A stretch of DNA of 43,848 nucleotides, from assembly GCA_903921405.1 (NCBI GenBank), contig CAIXPV010000070.1, positions 1-43,848 on the forward strand, given 5' to 3'. The notes beneath the pieces were generated by a model. It was not told the DNA's origin. It saw nothing but the letters and a program-made list of their open reading frames with translations, and made no database searches. The stretch comes from an uncultured Actinomycetes bacterium (GTDB lineage: Bacteria > Actinomycetota > Actinomycetes > Nanopelagicales > Nanopelagicaceae). The first letter of the stretch is position 1; each line of letters opens with the position of its first letter. This document shows positions 32,095 to 42,000 of this stretch, one piece after another. The position numbers and the translations under genes are program-made.

Positions 32095-33587
32095 TTTTTA
32101 TCTTCAATAGCTTTTGCTAGCTCTATACGGTCATCGAATTCCGTGATTACACCGCTTATTTCTTGGCCTTTTTCATGGCCTTTTCCTAAAACAATCACTA
32201 CGTCACCAGCACGGGCGGCATTGACTGCCGATCTAATTGCTGTTGCACGATCTGCAATAACTGCGTGAGGTTCACGTACATCTAAATCCAAGACCATTTG
32301 TACAAGGATATCTTCGGGATTCTCACTTCGAGGATTATCACTGGTAAAGATAGCTATATCTGCACCCTCATAGAGGGCCTTACCCATAAGTGCTCGCTTC
32401 GTTGTATCTCGATCTCCGCCACAACCAAGAACTGCTATGACATTTCCATCAGCAATTTCGTGAGCAGTTTCTAAAACTCGAATCACTGCATCAGGTGAAT
32501 GCGCATAATCAACTAGAGCGGTGAAGTTTTGACCTAGCCGAACGGCCTCAAGGCGGCCTGCAGCTCCTGTGAGTCGAGGGATTATCGCTGCGATATCAAT
32601 TGGGTCGATCCCGCTTTCAACGGCAATTGCGATTGCCATCAATAGGTTGTCATAATTAAAAGATCCATGCAAGCAGCTCTTTGCTTCAATCAAGATTCCG
32701 CCACTGCCGCGAATCGAAATTGCTGCTCCAACATAATCCGGGGTAATTGAGGTGAAATGCCAATCAGCATGTACATTGAATCGCGAAAGTGTCACTACTG
32801 CTAGCTCTGTAGTTCGAGAGAGTCTTTCACCATATGCATCATCAATATTGATTACTGCTAAGTCTGCATATTCAAAAGTAAACAGTTTGGACTTTGCTAA
32901 GAAATACTCTTCCATAGTTCTATGAAAATCTAAGTGATCTTGGGATAGATTCGTAAAACCAACTACTGCAAAGTGGCTTCCTCTGATGCGATCTAAAGTA
33001 ATTGCGTGACTGGATACTTCCATGACTAAATTGCGCATATGTCGCTCACGCATCACCGCTGACAAAGCAGCAATATCGCTGCTCTCAGGCGTTGTTCGCT
33101 TACTGGATAAGACTTCATCACCTATTCGAGTTTCGACAGTACCTATTAGCCCGCTCTCTCGGCCGGCAAAGCTCATGATTTGATGCAATAACGTTGTAAC
33201 TGTCGTCTTTCCGTTCGTACCTGTTACTCCCACGCTATATAAATCACGCATCGGTTCACCATAAAACCAGGCACTTATTATTCCTGCTGCACGGCGGGGA
33301 TTTGCGCTCACCAATACTGGTAATCCTTTTATCATTTGCGCTCCCACGGCATCGGTCAGAATTGCAACCGCACCTTTAGCTTTAGCTTCATCTGCAAACT
33401 GCGCACCATGAAACTTCTGCCCTGGAAGTGCAATAAATAGATCTCCCTCGCAGATCGAATCACTTGATTGAGAGATTCCATCGATAAATATCGATTCTAA
33501 TTCTTTGATGCCTACAAGTGAGGTTGCATCGATAACGTTACAGAGAGCAGCCAAACTCCTGCGAGAGCTAGTTAGTGGTCTTAGCAT
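32091..33587 (-). CDS. murE: UDP-MurNAc-dipeptide--diaminopimelate ligase
   Basis: TGTNGKTT, MEVSSH, VDYAH, GCGGDRD, DNPR (DAP-type specificity motif), GKGHE. Confidence 0.97.
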   Translation of the reverse strand: MLRPLTSSRRSLAALCNVIDATSLVGIKELESIFIDGISQSSDSICEGDLFIALPGQKFHGAQFADEAKAKGAVAILTDAVGAQMIKGLPVLVSANPRRAAGIISAWFYGEPMRDLYSVGVTGTNGKTTVTTLLHQIMSFAGRESGLIGTVETRIGDEVLSSKRTTPESSDIAALSAVMRERHMRNLVMEVSSHAITLDRIRGSHFAVVGFTNLSQDHLDFHRTMEEYFLAKSKLFTFEYADLAVINIDDAYGERLSRTTELAVVTLSRFNVHADWHFTSITPDYVGAAISIRGSGGILIEAKSCLHGSFNYDNLLMAIAIAVESGIDPIDIAAIIPRLTGAAGRLEAVRLGQNFTALVDYAHSPDAVIRVLETAHEIADGNVIAVLGCGGDRDTTKRALMGKALYEGADIAIFTSDNPRSENPEDILVQMVLDLDVREPHAVIADRATAIRSAVNAARAGDVVIVLGKGHEKGQEISGVITEFDDRIELAKAIEDKK

Positions 33588-35367
33588 CTGCAGCCCTCTT
33601 AGCTAGTAACGCTTTTTCATTGAGTGCAACTGGAACTATCTTTGTTCCAGTTGGTGGGATGTGGCGACTCTGCAATACGAAGGACATGACCTTTTTAAAT
33701 ACTGGACCACCAAGTGCTCCACCCCAGTGCAAACCCTTGGGATCTTGAATCGTGACGCTTATGACGTAGGCCGGCTTGTCAGCGGGTGCAAAGCCGATAA
33801 AGGATGCGGTGTATCCACGGTAGCAACCGCACGTGTCATCGATACGCATTGCTGTACCTGTCTTACCAGCAACTCGATACCCAGCAATTGCAGCGGTCGG
33901 GGCGGTTCCTGATGCAGAAACAACGCTCTCCATCATGATGCGCATCTGGCGTGCGGTCTCAACACTAATTACATGCTGGCTTGTTCGACCTGCAGCTGGA
34001 GTGAAATTACCGCTTGCATCACTGGTTCCTGCAATAACGGTAGGTGAAACTCGCACACCATCATTTGCAATGGTCGCAAAAATACTTGTTGCCTGCATGG
34101 CAGTTAATGAATAGCCCTGGCCAAATGCAACTGTGGGCGCTGTCGTTCCAGACCAATCTGCAACTTTTGGAAGAATGCCATTTGACTCCCCCGGCAATCC
34201 AGAGCCAGTCTTAGTGCCAACTCCGAACTTTGAAAGATAGTCATGAAGAGTCTCGTGCGATAAGAGCTCACCAATTTGAATGGAGCCTGTATTTGATGAC
34301 TCAGCAAGGATGCCAGATGCAGTTAAACGCTTTGTAGCGTGGCGTTGGTGGTCATGGAAGACCTTTGTGGAGCGCTTAAGTGCATAAGGAACTGTAAAAA
34401 CTGATTCAGGCGTAATCTTCTTTTCTTCAAGGGCGGCCGAAAGTGTCATCACTTTTCCGGTAGATCCTGGCTCATATACATCTTGAACCGAAGGGTTGCG
34501 CATTGCAACGAGTGAAACTTTAGATGTGTGGTTTGGATCAAAAGTTGGAGCAGTTGCATGCGCCAAAATCTCACCAGTCTTAGGATCCATGACTATGACT
34601 GTTCCGCTTATTGCGTGTGAAGCCTTTACTACATCTGAAATTGCTTTCGAAGCTACCCACTGAATATCTCGATCAACCGTTAACCGTACTGTCGTACCTG
34701 TTTGTGCAGGAATAATCTCTGATTGAGATCCTGGAATTTCGGCACCATAACCATTTGCATACGAGTACTGACCATCGACCCCAGAGATCACTGAGTTCAT
34801 GCTCGATTCCAAACCCGTTGCGCCTTTGCCATCATGGTTAACGAAACCAACTAAGGATGCGATTAATGAACCTGATGGATATTCGCGCACATAGCTGCGT
34901 TCGGGGAAGAAGCCAATGATTCGATCCGGACTCATTGCCGGATATTGAAGATTGTATTGTGCGATTGCCGTGCTTAGCTCCTGCCACTTTGCGGGCTTGG
35001 CATTTTGAAAAACCATATTCCATTTTCTTGTTCCGGTAATACTAGCTTTGACTTCAGCAACCGGTAGTCCAAGTATTGGTGCGACGAAATTTGCTGTCCG
35101 AACTGGATTAGAGATTTGTGTTTGATCTACGACGATACTGGTGGCAGCGACACTTCTAGCAAAAGCAACTCCATTGACGTCGGTGATCTCTCCTCGTGGA
35201 GCCAACAATGAACGAGTATTTTCCATCTCAGTTACAGCCCGTGCTCTGTAATCTGCCGCTTGTACCGCTTGAACTTGAACTAGACGAACTCCAAAAATAA
35301 GCATTGCAACGGCAACTAACAAAATCAATAATCTGATTCGATTGTGCGCAATTGCAAAATTACCCAT
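33568..35367 (-). CDS. ftsI: Class B penicillin-binding protein FtsI/PBP3
   Basis: RGEITD, R.YP, EPGSTGK (SxxK), SSN, GKTGTA. Confidence 0.96.
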   Translation of the reverse strand: MGNFAIAHNRIRLLILLVAVAMLIFGVRLVQVQAVQAADYRARAVTEMENTRSLLAPRGEITDVNGVAFARSVAATSIVVDQTQISNPVRTANFVAPILGLPVAEVKASITGTRKWNMVFQNAKPAKWQELSTAIAQYNLQYPAMSPDRIIGFFPERSYVREYPSGSLIASLVGFVNHDGKGATGLESSMNSVISGVDGQYSYANGYGAEIPGSQSEIIPAQTGTTVRLTVDRDIQWVASKAISDVVKASHAISGTVIVMDPKTGEILAHATAPTFDPNHTSKVSLVAMRNPSVQDVYEPGSTGKVMTLSAALEEKKITPESVFTVPYALKRSTKVFHDHQRHATKRLTASGILAESSNTGSIQIGELLSHETLHDYLSKFGVGTKTGSGLPGESNGILPKVADWSGTTAPTVAFGQGYSLTAMQATSIFATIANDGVRVSPTVIAGTSDASGNFTPAAGRTSQHVISVETARQMRIMMESVVSASGTAPTAAIAGYRVAGKTGTAMRIDDTCGCYRGYTASFIGFAPADKPAYVISVTIQDPKGLHWGGALGGPVFKKVMSFVLQSRHIPPTGTKIVPVALNEKALLAKRAADAKTTN

Positions 35368-35767
35368 TTGTCGGACTCGTCTGTGGAGTTAATGCTTCGT
35401 CTACATTAAGAAAGGTTGGAGTCTCTGAAGGCTTCATCCCAAGTCGGACGGCTGCTTTAGCTAAAGCCTCCGGTGAAGATTGCTTGTCGATTTGGCGCGC
35501 AATTGCCTCGCGTTCGTCACTTACCATCTTTGCTTGAAGCTTGAGATGGGTAAGCGTAAATGCATCCTGGGCCAATAGCGTGTTAATAAATAGTAAAAAG
35601 AGAAGACCCGATATTCCGGCGAAAGATACAAAGGTGGCGAAGAACTTACGATTAGCCTGCTTGCCCTCTGAAATATCTGGCACGAGTTTAAGTGCTACTT
35701 GTGAAGATTTCTCGGCAATAATTTCTCGCGAGCGAGCAATTGCTGGAGCGAATGCGGTCATAGCCAT
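35360..35767 (-). CDS. ftsL: FtsL-like cell division protein
   Basis: TM helix + coiled coil, SPEAL...A.RLGM; canonical position between rsmH and ftsI. Confidence 0.8.
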   Translation of the reverse strand: MAMTAFAPAIARSREIIAEKSSQVALKLVPDISEGKQANRKFFATFVSFAGISGLLFLLFINTLLAQDAFTLTHLKLQAKMVSDEREAIARQIDKQSSPEALAKAAVRLGMKPSETPTFLNVDEALTPQTSPTNG

Positions 35768-36714
35768 TATGCGGCCACCCTTTCAATTGCACGAAGTCGA
35801 ACTGATGCAGAACGTGAGTTTTCTTCTAGTTCCTCGTTGGATGGCGTTTCACTGCCACGAATAACAAGAGCAAACTTTGCGGCTAACTCTGGGAGTTCAA
35901 ATGGGAGGTCGCGTGGAGTCCCTGAAGTTGTTGATGCAGTAAAAAGCTCTTTAACAATGCGATCTTCCAGAGATTGAAATGACATAACTACCAAACGTCC
36001 GCCAACACTTAGAAGTTTGAGCGCAGCCGGTAGAGCACGTGTAATTGCGCCCAGCTCATCATTTGTTTCGATTCGTAGAGCCTGAAAAGTACGTTTAGCA
36101 GGATTTCCACCTGTGCGACGTGTAGCTGCCGGAATAGCTGCTTTTACTAAGGTTGCTAAGGCAACAGTTGAGTTCAATGGCGCGATTGAGCGCGCTTTTA
36201 CAATTGATTCAACTACCCGTGTGGCAAATTTCTCTTCGCCATAGGTTCGTAAAATTCGAACTAACTGACCAGGCTCATATGTGTTAACAATTTCAGCGGC
36301 AGTAAGTGTTTGTGTCCGATCCATTCGCATATCTAGAGGCGCATCTTGTGAATATGAAAATCCTCGATCTGCCTGGTCGAGTTGCATCGATGAAACACCT
36401 AAATCAAATAACGCTCCTGCGATAGTGCTATATCCAAACGATCTTACAATCGCATCGATTGAATCAAATGTTGAATGCGCCCCATGGAAGCGATCTGCAA
36501 AAGGAGTCAAGCGATCAGTTGCGCGTTCAAGTGCATCGCGGTCACGATCAATTCCAATAACAGTGAGCTGAGGGAATTGTTGAAGTAACGCCTCTGTATG
36601 CCCGCCTAAGCCAAGGGTTGCATCGACAACTACGGGTTTATCGCATGAATTAATTGCGGGAGCAAGAAGCTCGATGCATCGATCTCGCATCACTGAAATA
36701 TGCGTACTTGTCAT
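35767..36714 (-). CDS. rsmH: 16S rRNA m4C1402 methyltransferase (start re-called to ATG 36714)
   Basis: HISVM, DATLGLGGH, DLGVSSMQLD, PLDMRM, FQALRI, SLEDRIVK. Confidence 0.98.
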   Translation of the reverse strand: MTSTHISVMRDRCIELLAPAINSCDKPVVVDATLGLGGHTEALLQQFPQLTVIGIDRDRDALERATDRLTPFADRFHGAHSTFDSIDAIVRSFGYSTIAGALFDLGVSSMQLDQADRGFSYSQDAPLDMRMDRTQTLTAAEIVNTYEPGQLVRILRTYGEEKFATRVVESIVKARSIAPLNSTVALATLVKAAIPAATRRTGGNPAKRTFQALRIETNDELGAITRALPAALKLLSVGGRLVVMSFQSLEDRIVKELFTASTTSGTPRDLPFELPELAAKFALVIRGSETPSNEELEENSRSASVRLRAIERVAA

Positions 36715-36759
36715 TTCTCCCCCTTTCAATATTGAAAAACTTCAATTTTTTTTACTTCA

Positions 36760-36863
36760 ACTCTCATCTCTGGTCACCGCCGGCCGACGGATCTATTTAG
36801 TAGCGGCGCCGGGGAAGGGGCGCCGATACGTTCGAAGGGTCGGCGGTGGCCACAGATGAGAGT
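36760..36863 (-). ncRNA. mraW RNA motif-like structured element in the mraZ-rsmH spacer
   Basis: 26-bp outer inverted repeat (36760-36785 / 36838-36863, 3 mismatches) enclosing hairpin CGGCGCC-CCUUCCCC-GGCGCCG (36825-36804); a CUUCCCC loop 5' of mraW/rsmH is the hallmark of the actinobacterial mraW motif. Confidence 0.85.
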
Positions 36864-36866
36864 CAT

Positions 36867-37298
36867 TTAGAACAGTCCTGGAAAGACCTCCTCTGAAACA
36901 TCAGCAAAACTCTTTTCGCGATCTGCTAAATATTCATTCCAAGAAGTTGCATCCCAAATTTCAACGCGAGTATTTGCGCCAATAACAACGCAATCTTTTT
37001 CTAATCCTGCATATGTACGAAGACCTTGTGGAATCGTTATGCGACCTTGACGATCTGGAATTTCATCGTGTGCACCGGCAAACATCACACGGCTGTAATC
37101 GCGTGCTGATTTTGCAGTGACTGGCGCTTGTTTTAGCGTCTCTGTAATAACAGTGAATTCATTTGTTGGAAAAACATAAAGGCAACGTTCTTGTCCTTTA
37201 GTTATTACTAAACCTGACGCTAACTCTTCGCGAAATTTCGCAGGAAGAATGAGACGGCCTTTTTCATCAAGGCGCGGTTCGTGGGTGCCAAGAAACAT
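36867..37298 (-). CDS. mraZ: Division/cell wall cluster transcriptional repressor MraZ
   Basis: MFLGT...LDEKGRL.LP..FR, DRQGRI, EIWD; 143 aa. Confidence 0.98.
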   Translation of the reverse strand: MFLGTHEPRLDEKGRLILPAKFREELASGLVITKGQERCLYVFPTNEFTVITETLKQAPVTAKSARDYSRVMFAGAHDEIPDRQGRITIPQGLRTYAGLEKDCVVIGANTRVEIWDATSWNEYLADREKSFADVSEEVFPGLF

Positions 37299-37350
37299 TT
37301 TTTAGCGCCCCCTTCCCCAGGTTCGCCAGCCGTGTGGATCCTCGGCTTAG

Positions 37351-37430
37351 TTCCCCACTTTACTCCACTTTCCTCCTTTTTCAACCACCTTTCGCCACTT
37401 TTTACCCTTTTCCACCCACTCTCCCCCCAT
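37351..37430 (-). promoter_or_regulatory. Array of MraZ-binding direct repeats (about 10-nt period, AAGTGG-like)
   Basis: + strand CCAC at 37355, 37365, 37385, 37395 with degenerate copies near 37375, 37406, 37416, 37427. Confidence 0.8.
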
Positions 37431-37440
37431 TGTGTGGGCA

Positions 37441-37467
37441 TAAAAAAAGGACCCTGTTACAGGTCCT
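37441..37467 (-). terminator. Intrinsic terminator after DUF3040 gene
   Basis: Minus strand AGGACCTG-TAA-CAGGGTCCT stem (one bulge) followed by a T-run. Confidence 0.65.
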
Positions 37468-37490
37468 CAAAGAGTCAGACTCGCTAGAAA

Positions 37491-37844
37491 TTACTGGTTA
37501 TTGCGCTCATCCCAACGAGATTGCAGCTTGGTATGTAAGCCCTTGCTCTTGCGAGCGCCTTTGGTAGCCGATCGAGGCGAACTGGTGCCAAAGGATGAGA
37601 GTGCAAGGATGATCCCAGCCAAGGCAATAGCAAAGCCAAGGACTCCTACTGGGGTTAGCTTTGCGACAAGGCCCGTAAATAGAACTGTAATCCCCATGAG
37701 AACTAAGCCAAGTGAGGCCAATAATCGTGGTCGCTTAGGTGAGGGACCTGTGCCAGAGAGTGCTGAAAACAGGCGTGGATCCTCGGTTAAGAGGGCAGCC
37801 TCCATCTCTTGGAGCATTCGCTTCTCATGATCTGACAAAGGCAT
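37491..37844 (-). CDS. DUF3040-family membrane protein (start re-called to ATG 37844)
   Basis: MPLSDHEKRMLQEMEAALLTEDPR N-terminus, two TM helices, RWDER tail; usual neighbour upstream of mraZ in Actinobacteria. Confidence 0.88.
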   Translation of the reverse strand: MPLSDHEKRMLQEMEAALLTEDPRLFSALSGTGPSPKRPRLLASLGLVLMGITVLFTGLVAKLTPVGVLGFAIALAGIILALSSFGTSSPRSATKGARKSKGLHTKLQSRWDERNNQ

Positions 37845-37890
37845 AGACAAATAGTAGAAGATTTTATTCGCCCACGCCACTGCTGGGCTG

Positions 37891-39060
37891 CTACTCCTGC
37901 TCGGTCGGCTTAATCAGACGGGCTGGACGCACACTTCCAGCGCCAAAGCGCTCTCTGGCTCTATCTATAGCCCCGTCGGCCTGTCTCCAACCGCTCTCAC
38001 GTGCACCCAGGACCATCTGTTCTGGTGCCCCACTGCTTAGATTCTCAAGACTCACGCCCACCAAACGAAGTCGCGCCCTGTCGATCTTTAACGCTTGGTA
38101 GAGCCCTTTAACGACTTCATAGATTTCATGGGTTCCCTCCACAGGAAGTGAGAGAGTCTTAGATCTATTAATAGTCGAGAAATCTGCAAAGCGCACTTTG
38201 ATGGAGACTGTCTTTGCAAATAAATCTTTATCGCGCAACCTAGCTGATGCGCGTTCCGTTAATCGCAAGAACTCAGTCAGAATCTGAGTTGGATCATCTA
38301 AATCTTGCGGAAAGGTTTCGGCGGCACTAATACTTTTTTCTGCATCTTGAGGTGATACATCTCGGTAGTCCCGACCCCATGCCAATTCATATAACGATGC
38401 ACCGCTTGCTTCCCCTAATGCGCGAATCAGAGTTGTTCGAGGCAGATTGGCGATGTCTTCAATTGTGCGAAGCCCTAAGCGCTCTAATGTTTCGGCAGTC
38501 TTTGGTCCGACTCCCCACATGGCTTTAATTGGTAATGGATGCAAGAAAGTTAGAATGCGGTCGGCAGTGATCTCTAACATTCCATTTGGCTTACAGTGTT
38601 GGGATGCAAGTTTTGCAATGAACTTTGATGGTGCGATTCCAACCGAGCATGTTATTCCCTCTTGAGATTCAATCTTGGCACGAATAGCAGTAGCGATTTC
38701 GCGCGGAGTGCCTAATAATCGTTGCACGCCACTGACATCTAAGAAAGCCTCGTCAAGTGAGATGGGTTCGACCCATGGCGTAAAACTTTCAAAGATCTCC
38801 ATGATGTGACTTGATACCTCTTGATATCTAGCCATATCAACGGGAAGGAAAATCGCATGTGGTGCCAATCGCCGTGCACGTCCTACTGGCATTGCCGCAT
38901 GGATTCCAAATTTGCGAGCCTCGTAATTTGCTGCCGATACAACTCCTCGTACACCCATTCCAATAACAACTGCTTTGCCTTTGAGTTCAGGGTTGTCTCG
39001 TTCGGCCACAGATGCAAAGAATGCATCCATATCCACATGAAGGATTGAGGCCGTTGTCAT
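37891..39060 (-). CDS. dinB: DNA polymerase IV (Y family)
   Basis: HVDMDAFFASV, SAANYEAR.FG, SLDEAFLD, KFIAKLAS, WGVG; catalytic acidic residues intact. Confidence 0.96.
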   Translation of the reverse strand: MTTASILHVDMDAFFASVAERDNPELKGKAVVIGMGVRGVVSAANYEARKFGIHAAMPVGRARRLAPHAIFLPVDMARYQEVSSHIMEIFESFTPWVEPISLDEAFLDVSGVQRLLGTPREIATAIRAKIESQEGITCSVGIAPSKFIAKLASQHCKPNGMLEITADRILTFLHPLPIKAMWGVGPKTAETLERLGLRTIEDIANLPRTTLIRALGEASGASLYELAWGRDYRDVSPQDAEKSISAAETFPQDLDDPTQILTEFLRLTERASARLRDKDLFAKTVSIKVRFADFSTINRSKTLSLPVEGTHEIYEVVKGLYQALKIDRARLRLVGVSLENLSSGAPEQMVLGARESGWRQADGAIDRARERFGAGSVRPARLIKPTEQE

Positions 39061-42000
39061 ATTGCCAGCGTACTTTCTTTAGCTCGCCAACTTTCATATG
39101 CCGCGCGTAAATCCCACGCGCCGGTTCCACGGATTGAAATCCCACGCGCACCCGTGCGGCGGGTTTGGCCTCTAACTAGTAGCAGGGATGTCGAATACAG
39201 CGTGCTGGCGTAATCGCCTTGAACGTCGGTGAAAAATGCCGAGTCACTGCAGCCATATCCATCATCGAGGGTTAGAAAAATAACGCGCTTTCCCGAACGC
39301 ACTGGCGGAGTCTGCAGTGCAACCTTGATGCCGGCTACAAGAACGCTGGAGTTAGAACGCTGGGCTAATAACTGTGACGATCTCACCGCGCCGATTGCAT
39401 TTAGGAAGTCGCTATAGAACTCAATTAAGTGCGCCGACATATCGATACCTAAGCGCTCTATTTCATGGCGCACGATTTCAGCTGAGTTCATATCAGGTAG
39501 ACCGCTACTGATCAGAGCAGGGGCTGGAAAAGCTAAGTTCATCTGTGCACCAGAGATGGCCTTACCCGCAGAGCGCTGCAGATCAGAGAAATGTAATAAC
39601 AGGTCGCGACGATTAACGTCGGTGTGCAGGCGATCAAATGCACCGGTCAAAATCGCACTCTCCGTTACTGGGGCACTACTTCCTGAACGGTGAACAAAAT
39701 CAGCTAAGTCCACATAGGGACGCCCAGCAATAATAGATGTAACTTCACCATCACTGATCTTTGCAATCGTCGATAACGCTATGCGAATCGCAGCGCCTCT
39801 TTCTTCAACGCGATAGAGCGAATCTGATTCATTAATATCTAAGGGAGCAATGGCGATTCCCATGTGGCGTACCTCGTCAACGATCAAACGCTTGGGATAC
39901 ATACCAGGATCGTGCGTAAGAACTCCCGCTAAAAAAGCTGCAGGATAATGTGTTTTAAGCCAGGCCGATTGATATGTAGGCAGCGCAAAGGCTGCAGCAT
40001 GTGCTTTACAAAAACCAAAGGATGCAAAGGCGCGCAGTAGATCCCAGATCTTGGTAATAACTGCAAGCTCATAGCCTTGTGCAGTTGCTGTCGGAAAAAA
40101 CCAATCACATACTTCTTGCTGGCCAACTTTGTCCCCTAATGCGCGACGTTTTTCATCGGCGCTAGCTAGGGATGCACCAGTCATCTGGGCAATGATTTCA
40201 ATGACCTGTTCGTGAAAGACAACAACTCCTTCTGTATCACGCAAAATCTCATGCAGATCAGGGTGAATAACCTGGGCTGGGCTCCACCCGTGACGGGCCT
40301 TTAAAAATGGCGTAATCATGTCGCCTTTAACTGGGCCAGGTCTAAATAGGGAGATATCGATAATTAAATCGGTGAATGTTTTAGGCTCTAGTTTTCCTAC
40401 TAATTCGCGTTGACCCGGACTCTCTATCTGAAACATCCCCAGAGTACGTGTTGATTGAATTAACTCATACGTTGCAGAATCATCTAAAGGCACTGTATCG
40501 ATATCTACTTTTGTATCCTGTGCGCGTTCAATTTCAGTCAGTGCATATGAAATTGCCGACTGCATGCGTACACCTAAAACATCTAACTTTAATAAACCGA
40601 TAGCTTCAACGTCATCTTTATCAAAGACCACCATGGGGTAACCGCTTGCGCTAGCCATGAGCGGAGTGCGATCGAGCAGGCCTCCATCAGATAAAACAAT
40701 GGCGCATGGATGCATCGCTAAATGTCTAGGAAGACCATCAAGGCGTTCGGCAAGAGCGATAGTCATAGCCGTCAAAGGCGCAGAGATATTAAGAGATTTG
40801 AGTTCGGGCAGGTTTTCAAGAGCGCTAGAAATATTGCGCGCGCGCACATGTGGCATTGATTTGGCCAGTAAATCAATCTCCATCGCTGGTAAGCCAAGGG
40901 CTGCTCCTGCATCACGAATTGCATGCCTGGCACGATAGGTATCAACCATTGCAACAGTGGCACATCGTGATTGATTATTAGAGCTATCCCAGTTTGTATC
41001 ACCGTAACGCTTAAAGACCATGTCATAAATTTCAAGGCGACGGTGCGATTCAACATCGATATCGATATCAGGCAAAGCCCTGCGCAACGGTGAACAAAAA
41101 CGCTCCATCAATAGACCATGCTGCATTGGTTCAACACCAGAGATTCCAAGCAAGTGACAGATTAATGAACCGGCTCCGCTGCCGCGCGCGGCAACACGAA
41201 TACCCGCATTTCGTGCCATGTCACAAATATCGGCAACGGTTAAAAAATAGGATTCAAAGCCAAGTGTTGCAACCGTTGCTAGTTCATCATCTAAACGCAT
41301 GCGTGCCTGCTTAATGCTCTTAGAATCGCTATAGCGCCAGTTGATACCGGCCTCACTGCGCGTGCGCAAAAGCGTGCGCATCTGATGCGCTGATTCGGCG
41401 CCGACAACGTGGGGTTCGGGTAAGTGCGCCCCGCCTAATCCAATATCGCGTGCAGGCGATAACAGAGCGCGCTCGGCCCATGCTCTAGTTGTCGCCAATA
41501 GTTCTCGTGGTGTGCGCTCCCCCGCTGCGCGTGCGATTTCAGCAGCTAAGGCGATCATCTCGTCACCGGATTTTAAAAAGCCTTCGGCATTGCTGCGTTC
41601 AACATGGCGTGGATGCAGCGGTACTAATTGACGAGCGCAATCTAAAACATCGGCAACTGGCCCATCGGTGCGATCTCGCATACGAACCGCATTTGTAATA
41701 ACTGCATCGATGTCATGATCACGTGCAAAAATTAATGACTTAGCGGCTTGCGATGTAGAACGTGGGCCGCGACCTGCAGCTAAATGTGAAATACATTCAA
41801 TGGCATTGCCAGCAAATAGATCGCGAGTGATGTTAAATGTTGTAAAAGCTGCATCTATATGGTTATCCGTTAGCAATCTGCCGACAGGTGATTCAGGCCC
41901 GTGCAAGGCATAGAGATTTGAACTGTAATGGCTAAAGCGCTGTAAGAATTCTAGTGTCAGAACAGGATTCCGATTATCGGCAACCATGGTCAGTGAAGTC

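Noticed and set aside
36760-36863. Hairpin as an intrinsic terminator or MITE
   Set aside because: No U-tract follows in either direction, no target-site duplication or second copy; loop and position match the mraW motif
37220-37567. Small ORFs over the mraZ upstream region; repeats as possible CRISPR
   Set aside because: Repeats are about 10-nt phased MraZ boxes without unique spacers or cas genes; the ORFs are by-products of low complexity
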